Position numbers and translations under genes: made by a program
Notes under the pieces: generated by a model
Database searches by the model: none
Told to the model about the DNA's origin: nothing
Seen by the model: the letters and a program-made list of their open reading frames with translations, nothing else
Part shown: one piece after another, positions 22,230-33,076 of the stretch
Layout of the letters: each line of letters begins with the position of its first letter
Position numbering within the stretch: position 1 is the stretch's first letter
Assembly: GCA_963847445.1 (NCBI GenBank)
Contig: CAWJZV010000006.1
Location: forward strand, 96,001 to 160,000
Source: an uncultured delta proteobacterium
GTDB lineage: Bacteria; Desulfobacterota; Binatia; UBA9968
DNA length: 64,000 nucleotides
Reading direction: 5' to 3'

Positions 22230-23270
22230 ATGAGGAACAAGTCGCAAGTCGAAATTTTCTGTTCCGCCAAGTATCGCTTCCTAGTCTTGGCGGTTACGCT
22301 TTGTTTCTGGTTTGGGCTTGCCCACGCTAATCCTTATATCGCCAAGCCCGGCGAAGCACCGCTTCGTCTACGGATCGCAACCTGTTCGGTCACCGGCGGA
22401 TTCGTGCATCTTTACACCGCGCTGGAAAACAATTTATTCGACAAATACGGCTTCAAGCTCGAACATATCTACATCCGCGGTACCGGACCGTCATTGGCAG
22501 CCCTGATGGCGGATGAGATTCAGTTTCTCTATTGCGCCGCGGAAGCGACGATCCCCGCGCTGGTGAGCGGCATCGACGCCAGGATTGTCGCCGCGCCGTT
22601 GGTGAAGATGCCCTTCGTTCTAGTCACCCAGAAAGAGATACGCCGGCTCGAAGATCTCCGCGGTAAGTCGCTCGGCATCGTGCGTCCCGGCGATCTCAGC
22701 GATCGGCTGTCGCGCCAGTTGGTCAAGCGCTTTAATCTTGCCGATGTCACCATGCGCCCCATCGGTGGCAGTCAATCGGAACGCTACCAAGCGATGACAG
22801 CGAACTTGGTTCAAGGCGTCGTGATCACGCCGCCCCTCGACGTGCGCGCGAAGAACGATGGCTACAATGTTGTTTATCGTTTGATCGACATGGATTTGCC
22901 GTTTGTCTATAGCTCCCTGCATACCAGTTCGCGGATGATTCGCGAGCGCGGCGAGGTGGTGCAACGCATGGTTGCCGCATTTGCCGAGGCGGTGCAGTTT
23001 GCCGAGAAGAACCCGGCGAAATCCAAAGCGGCAATGGCTAAAGTGATGCGAACCAAAGACGAAGAAGCGCTCAACGTTTCCTATGATGTCTACGCCAAAG
23101 AAATCGTCGACCGGCGCATGATGGTGCCAAGCCAAGCGGTTAGCGAGTCGGTCGAACTGCACCGGGCTTCCGGGTTGCCGGTGAAACGAAAGGCGGAAGA
23201 TATTTTCGATAACACTTTCGTCATCAACCTAGAGAAGAGCGGGTTTCAGAAAGAGCTGTGGAGCAGATAA
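22230..23270 (+). CDS. ABC transporter substrate-binding protein (NitT/TauT, NMT1-like)
   Basis: Close tandem paralog of 21144-22211. Confidence 0.88.
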   Translation: MRNKSQVEIFCSAKYRFLVLAVTLCFWFGLAHANPYIAKPGEAPLRLRIATCSVTGGFVHLYTALENNLFDKYGFKLEHIYIRGTGPSLAALMADEIQFLYCAAEATIPALVSGIDARIVAAPLVKMPFVLVTQKEIRRLEDLRGKSLGIVRPGDLSDRLSRQLVKRFNLADVTMRPIGGSQSERYQAMTANLVQGVVITPPLDVRAKNDGYNVVYRLIDMDLPFVYSSLHTSSRMIRERGEVVQRMVAAFAEAVQFAEKNPAKSKAAMAKVMRTKDEEALNVSYDVYAKEIVDRRMMVPSQAVSESVELHRASGLPVKRKAEDIFDNTFVINLEKSGFQKELWSR

Positions 23271-23290
23271 GATGGTAAGGGGTAAGGAAG

Positions 23291-23905
23291 CGCTTGTCCA
23301 AAGCGGTGATTAGGAAATTCAACATTCCGGAAAACGAAGTCACGATCCGGCCGGTGGGCGGCAGCCAATCGGAACGCTTTCAAGCCATGGCGCATGAACA
23401 TCGTTCAAGGCGATAGTGATCACTCCGCCTCTCGACGTGCGCGCCAAGAACGAAGGGTTCAATGTTCTCTACCGCTTGGTCGATCTCGGCGTGCCGTTTA
23501 TCTACAGCTCGGTGCACGCCAACGGGCGGATGCTGCGCGATCGCCCGGACATGGTGCAGCGGGTGGTGGCGGCGTTTGCCGAAGCGGTCCATTTCGTTGA
23601 AAAAAATCCTGACAAGGCTAAAGCCGCGGTGGCCAAAGTGATGCGCACCAACGACGCCGAAGCATTGCAGTCGTCTTATGATGTTTACGCCAAGGAGATC
23701 GTTGACCGGCGCATGATCATTCCGGAAAAAGCCGTGGCCGATACCATCGAGCAAACCCGTTTGGCCGGCGGCGCCGGTGCGGCGAAAGTCGGATGATCTT
23801 TTCGACAACAGTTTCGCCGCTCACCTAGAAAAAAGCGGATTTCTCAAAGAGCTGTGGGGCGCTGAGTTGGGCGCGCCGGGGCGAGAGTTCGCTCCGGGCT
23901 GCTAG
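23291..23905 (+). pseudogene. Third substrate-binding paralog; N-terminal half missing and frameshifted
   Basis: Begins abruptly at RLSKAVIRKFN..RPVGGSQSERFQAM, then ITPPLDVRAKN...KELWG. Confidence 0.75.
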
Positions 23906-23992
23906 CGATTTACGCTTGCGGCTTGTCTTAAGATATCTGCTTTTGTTACTCCTGCCACTGATTCGCACTTTAATCTCCGAAAGGCACGGGCA

Positions 23993-25436
23993 ATGAAAAC
24001 ACTTATTCAAGGCGGCTGGGTTGTCGGCTTCGACGGCAACGAACACGAAATCATCAAAGACGGCGTGGTCGTTTACGATGGTAATCGCATCGAATTCGTC
24101 GGCAAAGATTATCCACAACCGGTCGACAAACGGATCGACGCAAAAGGCTGCTTGGTTTCGCCTGGATTCATCGACACTCACTTTCACTCCGGCATCAACG
24201 CCAGCGACTACATTCTCGCGGATTCGACCAAGACCGATTTCTTTGCGTCGAATTATCTCGCTCACGGCGGGCCGACCCGCGAGGGCGCGCACTCGGCGCA
24301 TTTGAAAGACGTCGACATCGGCCAGCGGTTTTCGATTATTCACGTTTTGAAAAGCGGCGTGACCACGACCTTCGACATCGGCGGCGCCGGCGGCTGAGCC
24401 GGCGCGCTATGTCGACATGATCGATCAGGTCGGTATTCGCTGCGTCGCCGGTCCGAGCTACAAGAACGTTTCCTTTTTTCACGATAAAGCGGGCCGGCTC
24501 GAATATGATTGGAACGACGAACGCGGCAGCAAAGGACTCCAGACCGCGGTGGACTTCGCCAAAAAGTTCAACGGCGCGTGCAGCGGCCGCATGACGGCGA
24601 TGTTGTTTCCCGGCCATGTCGACTCGTGCACGCCGGCGTTGCTGAAGGAAACCAAAACCGCCGCCAAGGATGCCGGCGTCGGCATTCAGATTCATGCGAC
24701 GATCAATCTGTTCGAGTTCCACACGGTCATGCAGCGCGAACGCTGCACCCCGATCGAGCTATTGAAAAAGCTCGGCTTCCTGGCGCCTGATGTTTCATTG
24801 TCGCACTGCATCTTTGTCAGCGGCCATAGCTGGCTCGCCTATCCCTACGGCGACGATCTTAAAATCATCGCCGACTCGGGCTCGTCGGTAGCCTATAGCC
24901 CGCTTAAATATTTGAAGCTGGGCATTCTCATGGAATCCTTCGACCGCTACCGCCAGGCCGGCATCAACATGGGCATCGGCACGGACACTTTCCCCAAAGA
25001 CATTCTCTCCGACATGCGCTACGCCGGCATCGCCTCGCGCATCGCCGACAAGAGTTTTCTCGCCGGTCAGCCGCGCGATGTCTTCAACTCCATCACCCTC
25101 GGCGGCGCCAAGATGATCGGCCGCGACGACATCGGCCGGCTAGCGAAAGGCGCCAAAGCCGACATCGCCATTGTCAATCTGCGCGACATTGCCTTCGGCG
25201 CCGTGCACGATCCGATCCGTTCGTTGATGGAAACCGCCGTCAGTCGCGATGTGCGCACCGTCATCGTCGACGGCGAAACCCTGGTCGACAACGGCAAGTA
25301 TTTGCGCCTGGACGAACAGGAGTTGCTCGACAAAGTTCAGACCAAGGGCGAACAAGTCTGGGACAGCGTGTCCAAGTGGCACTGGACCGGCAAGACGATC
25401 GACGAAGTCGTGCCGCCGAGTTTTCGCATGAAGTAA
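23993..25436 (+). CDS. Amidohydrolase family protein (SsnA/AtzA-like); frameshift near 24395
   Basis: PGFIDTHFH, QIHAT, LSHC, GIGTD, GRLAKGAKADI. Confidence 0.88.
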
Positions 25437-25510
25437 TAGCCTGCGAGAGCGGGCTTATCGGAGCTATCAAATCTGTTGCGCGAATCCCAGGGCGAGGAAT
25501 TCAGCATTTT

Positions 25511-27303
25511 CTAGATCAGTGATTGCAACTTCCTGACTAACACACTGATCTCCTCAAACCCCTTCTGCCAAAACTCGGCTTGGTGTATGTCGACGCCTAA
25601 TGGTTTGAGCAACGCATCGGGCGTGTCCGAGCCGCCGGCTTCGAGTAGCGCGACGTATTTCGGCACAAAGCTTTTGCCTTCGTCCTTGTACATTCGATAC
25701 AGGGCGAGGACCAACAGCTGGCCGAAGACATAGCTGTAGCAATAGAAGCGCGAGTGGATGAAGTGGGGGATGTAGCTCCAGCCCCAGCGGTAGCCGTCGG
25801 GCATGGCGACGGCGTCGCCGTAGTATTTGCCGTTGGCGTCGAGCCAGAGTTGGCCGAGGGCTTCCGGTGTCAGCCGTTTTTCTTGTCTTGCCGAAAAGGC
25901 GAGTTCTTCGAAGCGGGTCAGGACATTTTGCCGAAAAACGGTGGCGAAGATGTCTTCGATCTTGCCGGCCAACAGCGCGATCTGCACTTCTCGATCGCTT
26001 TGCTGATCGAGCAGATAATCGAACACCAGCATTTCGCCGAACACCGAGGCGGTCTCGGCGGTGGTGAGCGGGGTGTCATAGTTGAAATAATTCTGCTTGC
26101 GGCTGAGACAGCCGTGCAGTCCGTGGCCTAACTCATGGGCGACGGTCATAACGTCGCGCAGGTTGTCATCGTAGTTGCACAGGACGTAGGGATGGAGCTG
26201 TGGCGAGGGCGAGGCGCAGAAGGCGCCGCCGCGTTTGCCTTTGCGGATTTCCGCGTCGATCCAATTGTTGGCGAAAAACTCTCCCGCCAAGGTGCGAAAT
26301 TTAGGATCGAAGGCTTCGAAAGCGTCTAGTATAGCCTCCTGTGCTTTTGCGTAGGGAAAGGGCCGGACTTCTTTGCCGACCGGCGCGTACTGGTCGTAGA
26401 GCGCGAGCTGCGGCAATTCGAGCAGCTTCGCTTTCAAGCGAAAGTAGTCATGGGCGAGAGGATAATTTTTTTCCGCTACCTCCATCATGGTTTTTACCGC
26501 GGCGCCGTCGATTTCGTTGGATAAATGGCGCTGGCTCCATCGGGATGTCGGATAGCTGCGCAAGCGGTCCATGGTCAGGTTGTCCTGGATCAAGGTATCG
26601 TAGATGAACGTCAACACCTGGCCATGTTGCGACAGTTCGCGATAGACCGTCTCCATGGCGCGTTGGCGCAGGCTGCGATCCGGTTCATGGAGCAGCGAGA
26701 GGATCTGGCTCAAATTCAACTCTTCGGTCTTGCCATCTTTTTCCAGTTTGAAAACTAGCGACGAGGTGATTTCCGAAAACAGCCGGCCGAAGGCGTTGCG
26801 GCCGGTGTTGTCTTTTTCGTTGATGAGTTTTTCTTCCAGTTCGGACAGCGTGTGCGGGCGGTAGCGACGCAGGCTGGCAAGATAATGCTGATAGGGTTTA
26901 AGCTGCTCGTCGCGCATCAACTTGGCGGCAATGTCGTCTTCGACCTTGAGCCAGGCCAGCTCGAAGAACAGCAGCAGGTTTCTTATTTCTGTACTGCGCT
27001 GTTCGACCCGCTGGTCCAGGTCTTGGTACTCTGGCTTGGCGGTGTCGGCGGCGTAAAGCAGGCCGGCGTAGCTGCCGACCCGGCCGAGGGCTTCGTAGAT
27101 GACTGCCAATTCTTGCAGGGCGTCGACGCAGGGTTTCGGCGCTCAGGCGTTGGCGGATTGTCCAGTGCTGCCCGGTAGCGCTCTGCGAACTCCATCGCCT
27201 GAGCGCGGCAGTCGTTTAGGGTCGTTTCGATTTTCCCGTCGTCATGGGCGGCAAAAAGGTCGCTTAAGTCCCAGCGGATTCCCGCTGCGCTGTTATTCGC
27301 CAT
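25511..27303 (-). CDS. pepF: M3 family oligoendopeptidase F; frameshift(s) near 27110-27160
   Basis: RWDLSDLF, GKRGGAFC, TVAHELGH, AETASVFGE, PHFIHSRFYCYSY. Confidence 0.92.
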
Positions 27304-27437
27304 GATGAAGTCCTTTCGCTTAAACCTGTTTTGCCTATTTCACGGTGAAACCGCCCAGAGTCAAGTTGCGACTTGGCTATTTCAGTGTATATGATGACCG
27401 GAATTTTTCCGCTAACTAGTTTGAAAGGGGTATTTCC

Positions 27438-28148
27438 ATGGCTGAATTAACTGAACTCAAAAAGAAGCTGGCGATGTCGTCGCGCATGCTGTTTAACTCC
27501 GGACTGGTCGATTACAGCGGCCACATCAGCGTGCGCATCCCCGGCTCCGATCATTTGCTGATCTTGCCGCATCCGGTGAGCCGCGCGACCGTGAAACCTG
27601 ACGATATGGTGGTCACCGACTTCGACGGCAAGGTGATCGAAGGCAACTACAAAGCGCCGTCGGAAGTTTTTATGCACGCGCGCGCCTACAAAGCGCGGAG
27701 CGACATCCAGAGCGTGGCCCATCTGCACAATCACATGGTGGCGACGCTGAGCATGGTCGATAAGCCATTTTATCCGGCTTCGTCCAATCCCGGCGCCTTC
27801 TTCGGTCCCGGCGCGTTGCCCAAGTACATGGACCCAGCGCTGATCCATACCATCGAACAGGGCGATGCGGTGGCCAAGGCGCTCGGCAAGGGGGATGCCT
27901 TGATGCTACGCGGCCATGGGTCAATGGTGGTAGCGCAATCGATCGAGTGGGTATTTGCCGCCTGCGTCGATCTCGAGGAAGCGGCGGCGCGCTTCTACAA
28001 GGCCGCGCTGCTGGGGCCGGTGCTGGTTTACAACGAAGATGAAACCCAGCGGGTCATGAAAGGCCGGCGCAAGGACTCGGTGGTGCAGAAGGTTTGGGAT
28101 CACAACGTCGCTAAGACTAAATTAGTCGGACTCATGGACGGCATCTAA
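27438..28148 (+). CDS. Class II aldolase/adducin family protein
   Basis: GHISVR, PSEVFMH, SVAHLH, LMLRGHG. Confidence 0.9.
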   Translation: MAELTELKKKLAMSSRMLFNSGLVDYSGHISVRIPGSDHLLILPHPVSRATVKPDDMVVTDFDGKVIEGNYKAPSEVFMHARAYKARSDIQSVAHLHNHMVATLSMVDKPFYPASSNPGAFFGPGALPKYMDPALIHTIEQGDAVAKALGKGDALMLRGHGSMVVAQSIEWVFAACVDLEEAAARFYKAALLGPVLVYNEDETQRVMKGRRKDSVVQKVWDHNVAKTKLVGLMDGI

Positions 28149-28345
28149 ACGTAGTGACAAATTCGCTTTTTTACCCACCTCGCCGGTCTCGGTCTGGGCT
28201 TCCGCCCAGCTACCGGGGCCGGCAAATCGCCGCCAATCGCGATTCTTCTCGAAACTCCGGTTCTCAATGGCGGACCCGCCAATGGTTTTTTTTCTTGCCT
28301 GCCACTGTACGCTGTGTTATAGAATCCGATTCAAATAAATGAGGA

Positions 28346-28738
28346 GTGGGTTGCGAAATGTACGATGATTTTCTTGCGAGGATACTAGAACCGGATATTT
28401 TTCTGCCATCGCAGTTCTACGGCAATGGCGGTTTGTCGCGCAAACTTGAGGGCGAAAAGCGCTTGATGATCGCGATCTTGAAAGACGCGGTGGAGTGCTT
28501 GGAAAAATACCGCGGCTCGCGCAATGATACCGGCAAGATCAGCTATCAAAGCGCCATCGAGTGGGTTGAAGATACCGACACTGATTGGCTCTATTCATTT
28601 ACCAACATCTGCGATTTGTTGGGATTTGACCCCCATTATCTGCGTGAACAGCTACTCAAGCGGGAAAATCGTTATATCAAACCGCTCCGGACGAGAAATT
28701 TGTCTTTAGCGTCGATGAGTGCGAGCGCAGCCCTGTAA
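28346..28738 (+). CDS. Hypothetical protein (paralog of 18806-19264)
   Basis: EKRLMIAILKDAV...AIEW...YSFTNICDLLGFDPHYLR; start may be 28358. Confidence 0.85.
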   Translation: MGCEMYDDFLARILEPDIFLPSQFYGNGGLSRKLEGEKRLMIAILKDAVECLEKYRGSRNDTGKISYQSAIEWVEDTDTDWLYSFTNICDLLGFDPHYLREQLLKRENRYIKPLRTRNLSLASMSASAAL

Positions 28739-28740
28739 AT

Positions 28741-30156
28741 TTAGCGTTTACGATCTCTTAGGGTTTTAATTTCTTCTTTAATCACCTGTCCGCGCGGCGA
28801 GCTTTCGCCGGCGATCTTGAGCGCTCGTTCGAAGTCGGCGAGCGCTCGCTCGTCTTCATCCTGAAGTAACTGTGACCGGCCCAGATAGTAATAACCATCT
28901 GCGAGCCGGTCGAGCTTGCCGTAGACCTGACCCAAGCGAAATACCGGTTTATCCCACAATGGCGCTAGGTTTTGGGCATTCAGATAAGCTCCGGCAGCGC
29001 TCCGCAAGTCGCCGGTCTTTTCGAGAAACTCCCCGAGATAATAGTAGTTTAGCGGTTCGTTGGGTTCGAGCACGACGGCCCGGTCGAAGGCTTTGCGGGC
29101 CGAGGCAAAATCGCCGGTTTGACTCGACAGCCGGCCGATTTCACGAAGCAAACCGATATGGTCGGGCCGCAGCCGCCATGATTTCTCGTAGTTTTTCTGC
29201 GCTGGTGCGAGCAAGCCCATTTGGAACTGAGCGAAGCCGAGCAAATGAAGCAGCTCAGCGTTATCGGGATCCTTTTGGACCAACTTCTCATACTCAGCGA
29301 CGACCGCTTCGCGATTGGTCCGCTCCATACGGATCAGGATCTGAACTTTCTTTAAGGTTTCGTTGTCTTCCTGCCGCGGACTGGTGGGGCCGAGGGATTT
29401 GACGACCAATTCGGCATTGGCGACCCGTTCCTGAGTGAGTGGATGGCTCAAAATATAAGCTGGAACATCGATCGGGTTGAGGGCGCGCTCCTGATCCATG
29501 GTTTTAAGAAACGCCAGCGTGCCGCGCGGATCGAAGCCGGCGGCGGCAATATAACGGGACCCTAAAGTGTCGGATTCCATTTCCAATTGACGGCTGTAGG
29601 CGGCTTGGCGGGTGGCGGCAACCGCTTGGCCGACGATACCTGCGGCTTGTCCGCCTGAGCCACTGCGCGCCAACATGACGGTGGCGAGCAAGCTCAATAC
29701 CGATATCGCGTCCGGTCCCGATGAGCGTGCCATATGACGACCTTTGATATGGACGATTTCATGGCCGAGCACGCCGGCGATTTCGGCGGTGGACTTCGCC
29801 CGTTCGATGAGACCGGTGAAGAGATAGATCGATCCGCCGGGGACGGCAAAGGCGTTTAGCTGCTGGTCTTCGACGACAAAAAAGCGATAGTCAAAGGACA
29901 GCGGACCGGTGGCGCTGAGAATTCGCCGGGCGATGCGATCGACATAGCGTTCGACTTCCGGCTGATTGAGAAACTTGAAATGCTTTTTGGCCTCTCGGCG
30001 GAACTCGCGGCTGATTCTGACTTCTTCGTCTTCGGCGGGCGGACTGACTGACGGCAGCAGGGGCGCGATGGAGCGGCAGCCCGAGCCGAGCGTGGCGATC
30101 AAAAATAGCGAAACGCAGCATGCAGGCCACCGACGAAGGTGGCGCGGTGTTGTCAT
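28741..30156 (-). CDS. M48 metalloprotease with TPR repeats (BepA/YfgC-like), probable lipoprotein
   Basis: NAFAVPGG, GHEIVH (HExxH), YSRQLEMESD, SHP, TPR C-terminus; lipobox-like GSGC. Confidence 0.9.
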   Translation of the reverse strand: MTTPRHLRRWPACCVSLFLIATLGSGCRSIAPLLPSVSPPAEDEEVRISREFRREAKKHFKFLNQPEVERYVDRIARRILSATGPLSFDYRFFVVEDQQLNAFAVPGGSIYLFTGLIERAKSTAEIAGVLGHEIVHIKGRHMARSSGPDAISVLSLLATVMLARSGSGGQAAGIVGQAVAATRQAAYSRQLEMESDTLGSRYIAAAGFDPRGTLAFLKTMDQERALNPIDVPAYILSHPLTQERVANAELVVKSLGPTSPRQEDNETLKKVQILIRMERTNREAVVAEYEKLVQKDPDNAELLHLLGFAQFQMGLLAPAQKNYEKSWRLRPDHIGLLREIGRLSSQTGDFASARKAFDRAVVLEPNEPLNYYYLGEFLEKTGDLRSAAGAYLNAQNLAPLWDKPVFRLGQVYGKLDRLADGYYYLGRSQLLQDEDERALADFERALKIAGESSPRGQVIKEEIKTLRDRKR

Positions 30157-30373
30157 CGTCGAAGTATAGAGAGCGGTTTGCGTCGGTTCAAGGTTCAACT
30201 CGGATTGCATAGTCGGAGGTAACCGCGCGGCCAGGGACAAGCTTGCCGCGGTGAAACAGCTGGTCCTCTGTCGCTTCAATAGCGTCGAATCCTATCGTTG
30301 GCGTGGCGGTGGTTGACGACCCCCGTGCAAGCCCCTATTCTCGGGCATCGATAAACCATCCAGAGGAGCCGCG

Positions 30374-32818
30374 ATGACCAACCGCTTCGAGATAGCTGCC
30401 GATAAACTCACTTGGCGCTGCGACTTGACCGCTCTGCCTTTTACTTGCACCGCGGATATGACGCCGCTGGAAGATTTTATCGGCCAGGATCGGGCAATTC
30501 GGGCGATCGAGTTCGGCCTAGGCGTCGACAAACCGGGCTTCAACATTTTCGTCACCGGACTTACCGGCACGGGCAAAACCAGCATCATCAAGGCGTTTCT
30601 CAAAAAGGTGACCAGTTTAACCCCGGCGCCGGCCGATGCTGCGACGCCCGAGGATTGGTGCTACGTATATAACTTTGGCGATCCCGACCGGCCCCTGGCG
30701 CTGAAGATCCGCCGTGGTTTCGGCAAAGCGCTCAAGAGCGACATGGAGCAGTTAATTCAGAATCTCCAGCGCGAGGCGAAGAAACTATTCGAGAGCGATG
30801 AGTTCGCGCACCAGCGCCAAGGGCTGATCGAACAGCTGCAAAAGAAACAGCAGGAGATGATGGAAGGCTTGATGGCGGAAGCCAGCCAGGCCGGTTTCGC
30901 CCTGCGCATGACGCCCTCCGGGATCGTGCTGCTGCCGACTAAAGACGGCAAGCCGATGCAGGAGGCGGACTATCTCGCGTTATCGCCAAGCGAAAAAAAA
31001 CAGCTGGAGGAGCGCCGCAGCGAGATCGAGAAGCAAGTCGAAGATACTCTGCGCGACGGCAAGAAGCTCGAGCGCGAGATTGCCGCAAGACTGGAGACTG
31101 TGGAGACCGAAGCCGGCGATTATTTGGTGCGCAATCCATTGACCGAGCTCAAACAAAAGTATCAGGACTATCCCAGGGTCTTGGCCTACCTCGACGGCGT
31201 GCGCGAACATATTTTAAAAAACTTGCAGCGCTTCAAAGGCGAGGCGGCGGCGCCAGCCGGTCCCATGGGCGCGATGGCCTACGGCGAACCGCCGGGGGAT
31301 CCGTTTCTACCGTACCGGGTCAATGTTTTCGTCGACAACGGCGATACCCAGGGCGCGCCGATCATCGTCGAAACCAACCCGACTTATCACAATCTTTTCG
31401 GTGTCATCGAGAAAAAACCGATCATGGGCGGTTACACTACTGACTTTACGCTGATTAAAGCCGGTTCTATCAGTAAAGCTAACGGCGGCTACCTGGTGCT
31501 TTACGACCGGGAAGTCCTCGCCAATGCCGGCTGCTGGGAAGCGCTGCAACGGGTCATCAAGAATCGCGAGTTGCGCATCGAGGAGCCGGGCGCCTTCTTT
31601 GGCTTCGTGCCGCCCCAGGGGTTGCGGCCGGAACCGATCCCCACCGATACCAAAGTGATCATGATCGGCGATCCTTCACTCTATCGCCTCCTGGCGACCG
31701 CTGATCCCGACTTCCGTGAGACGTTCAAGGTCAAAGCCGATTTCAACTTTGAAGTCGACCGCACCCAGGAAAATATCACGGCGTTCGCCTGTTTCATCAG
31801 CGACTATTGCAAACGGGAAGGGATCCGCCACTTCGAGACCGACGGTGTTGCCAGGGTGATCGAGCAGTGCGCGCGCCAGGTCGAGGACCAGAATAAACTA
31901 TCGACCCGCTTCAGCGACATGGTCGATCTTTTGATCGAGTCGGATTACTGGGCGGGCAAGGAGAAGGCCGAACTGGTTTCCGGCAAGCATGTCGAGCGCG
32001 CGCTGGTGGAAAAAACCTTTCGCCTCAACTTGGTCGAGAAGCGGCTGCAAGAGCTGATCGCCGAAGGCACGGTGCTGGTGGATGTCACCGGCGCGGCGGT
32101 CGGTCAGGTCAACGGCCTAGCGGTGTATCAGATGGGCGACTTTAGTTTTGGCAAGCCGTCGCGTATCACGACAAAGACTTTCCTGGGCCGCAGCGGCATC
32201 GTCAACATCGAGCGCGAGGCGAAGATGAGCGGCAGGAGTCATGACAAGGGCGTGCTGATCCTCGGCGGCTATTTGGGCGGCAAGTACGCCCAGCAAAGTC
32301 CGCTATCGCTCTCCAGCACGATTTGTTTCGAGCAGTCTTACGATGGCGTCGACGGCGACAGTGCGTCGTCCACTGAACTCTACGCGATCCTTTCAAGTCT
32401 TTCCGAAATGCCGATTCAGCAGGGCATCGCTGTCACCGGTTCAGTAAATCAAAACGGCGAGGTGCAAGCGATCGGCGGGGTCAATTTCAAGATCGAAGGC
32501 CACTTCGATGTCTGCCGCTTGAAAGGACTGACCGGCGAACAGGGCGCGATGATCCCCCAGGCCAACGTGCACAATCTGATGCTCCGTGGCGACGTCGTCG
32601 AGGCGGTCAAAGCCGGCAAGTTTCATATTTACTCTGTAAGTAGCATTGATGAAGGCATCGAAGTGCTCACCGGCGTCGCCGCCGGCGCGCGTCAAGCCGA
32701 CGGCAGTTATCCCGACGGCACCATCAACGACCGGGTGCAAAAAAAATTGCAGCTGTTCACCGAACTGCAAAAAAAATTGACCGCGGGAGATCAAGAGCCG
32801 GCGGCGACGAACAATTGA
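30374..32818 (+). CDS. Lon-like protease (LonC / AAA_32 type)
   Basis: FIGQDRA, GLTGTGKT, ANGGYL, GQVNGL, DGDSAS (catalytic Ser), KIEG (catalytic Lys). Confidence 0.92.
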   Translation: MTNRFEIAADKLTWRCDLTALPFTCTADMTPLEDFIGQDRAIRAIEFGLGVDKPGFNIFVTGLTGTGKTSIIKAFLKKVTSLTPAPADAATPEDWCYVYNFGDPDRPLALKIRRGFGKALKSDMEQLIQNLQREAKKLFESDEFAHQRQGLIEQLQKKQQEMMEGLMAEASQAGFALRMTPSGIVLLPTKDGKPMQEADYLALSPSEKKQLEERRSEIEKQVEDTLRDGKKLEREIAARLETVETEAGDYLVRNPLTELKQKYQDYPRVLAYLDGVREHILKNLQRFKGEAAAPAGPMGAMAYGEPPGDPFLPYRVNVFVDNGDTQGAPIIVETNPTYHNLFGVIEKKPIMGGYTTDFTLIKAGSISKANGGYLVLYDREVLANAGCWEALQRVIKNRELRIEEPGAFFGFVPPQGLRPEPIPTDTKVIMIGDPSLYRLLATADPDFRETFKVKADFNFEVDRTQENITAFACFISDYCKREGIRHFETDGVARVIEQCARQVEDQNKLSTRFSDMVDLLIESDYWAGKEKAELVSGKHVERALVEKTFRLNLVEKRLQELIAEGTVLVDVTGAAVGQVNGLAVYQMGDFSFGKPSRITTKTFLGRSGIVNIEREAKMSGRSHDKGVLILGGYLGGKYAQQSPLSLSSTICFEQSYDGVDGDSASSTELYAILSSLSEMPIQQGIAVTGSVNQNGEVQAIGGVNFKIEGHFDVCRLKGLTGEQGAMIPQANVHNLMLRGDVVEAVKAGKFHIYSVSSIDEGIEVLTGVAAGARQADGSYPDGTINDRVQKKLQLFTELQKKLTAGDQEPAATNN

Positions 32819-32888
32819 TGTCTCGCTCGGAGAGAGTTGAAATGGCCTCGGCGTCCGTTGCCGTGAATATTCGTCATGCCGGCCCTAT

Positions 32889-33000
32889 CGTCACCCCGGT
32901 GGAAACCGGGGTCCATCCCAACCCCAGAATCTGGATACCGTTTTTCAACGGTATGACGGACGCTGTCCGTCACCTGGACACGATTTTTCAACGGTACGAC
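32889..33000. repeat. REP-like double-hairpin element plus a partial second copy
   Basis: CGTCACCCCGGTGGAAACCGGGGTCCA ... TGGATACCGTTTTTCAACGGTATGACG, then CTGGACACGATTTTTCAACGGTACGAC. Confidence 0.65.
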
Positions 33001-33076
33001 TGAATCGCGAGTGGACTTCTAGTTGACAAGCTCAGAATCCCTCGGCGTGCCGCCGAGGATCGTTCAGCAGTCTGCG

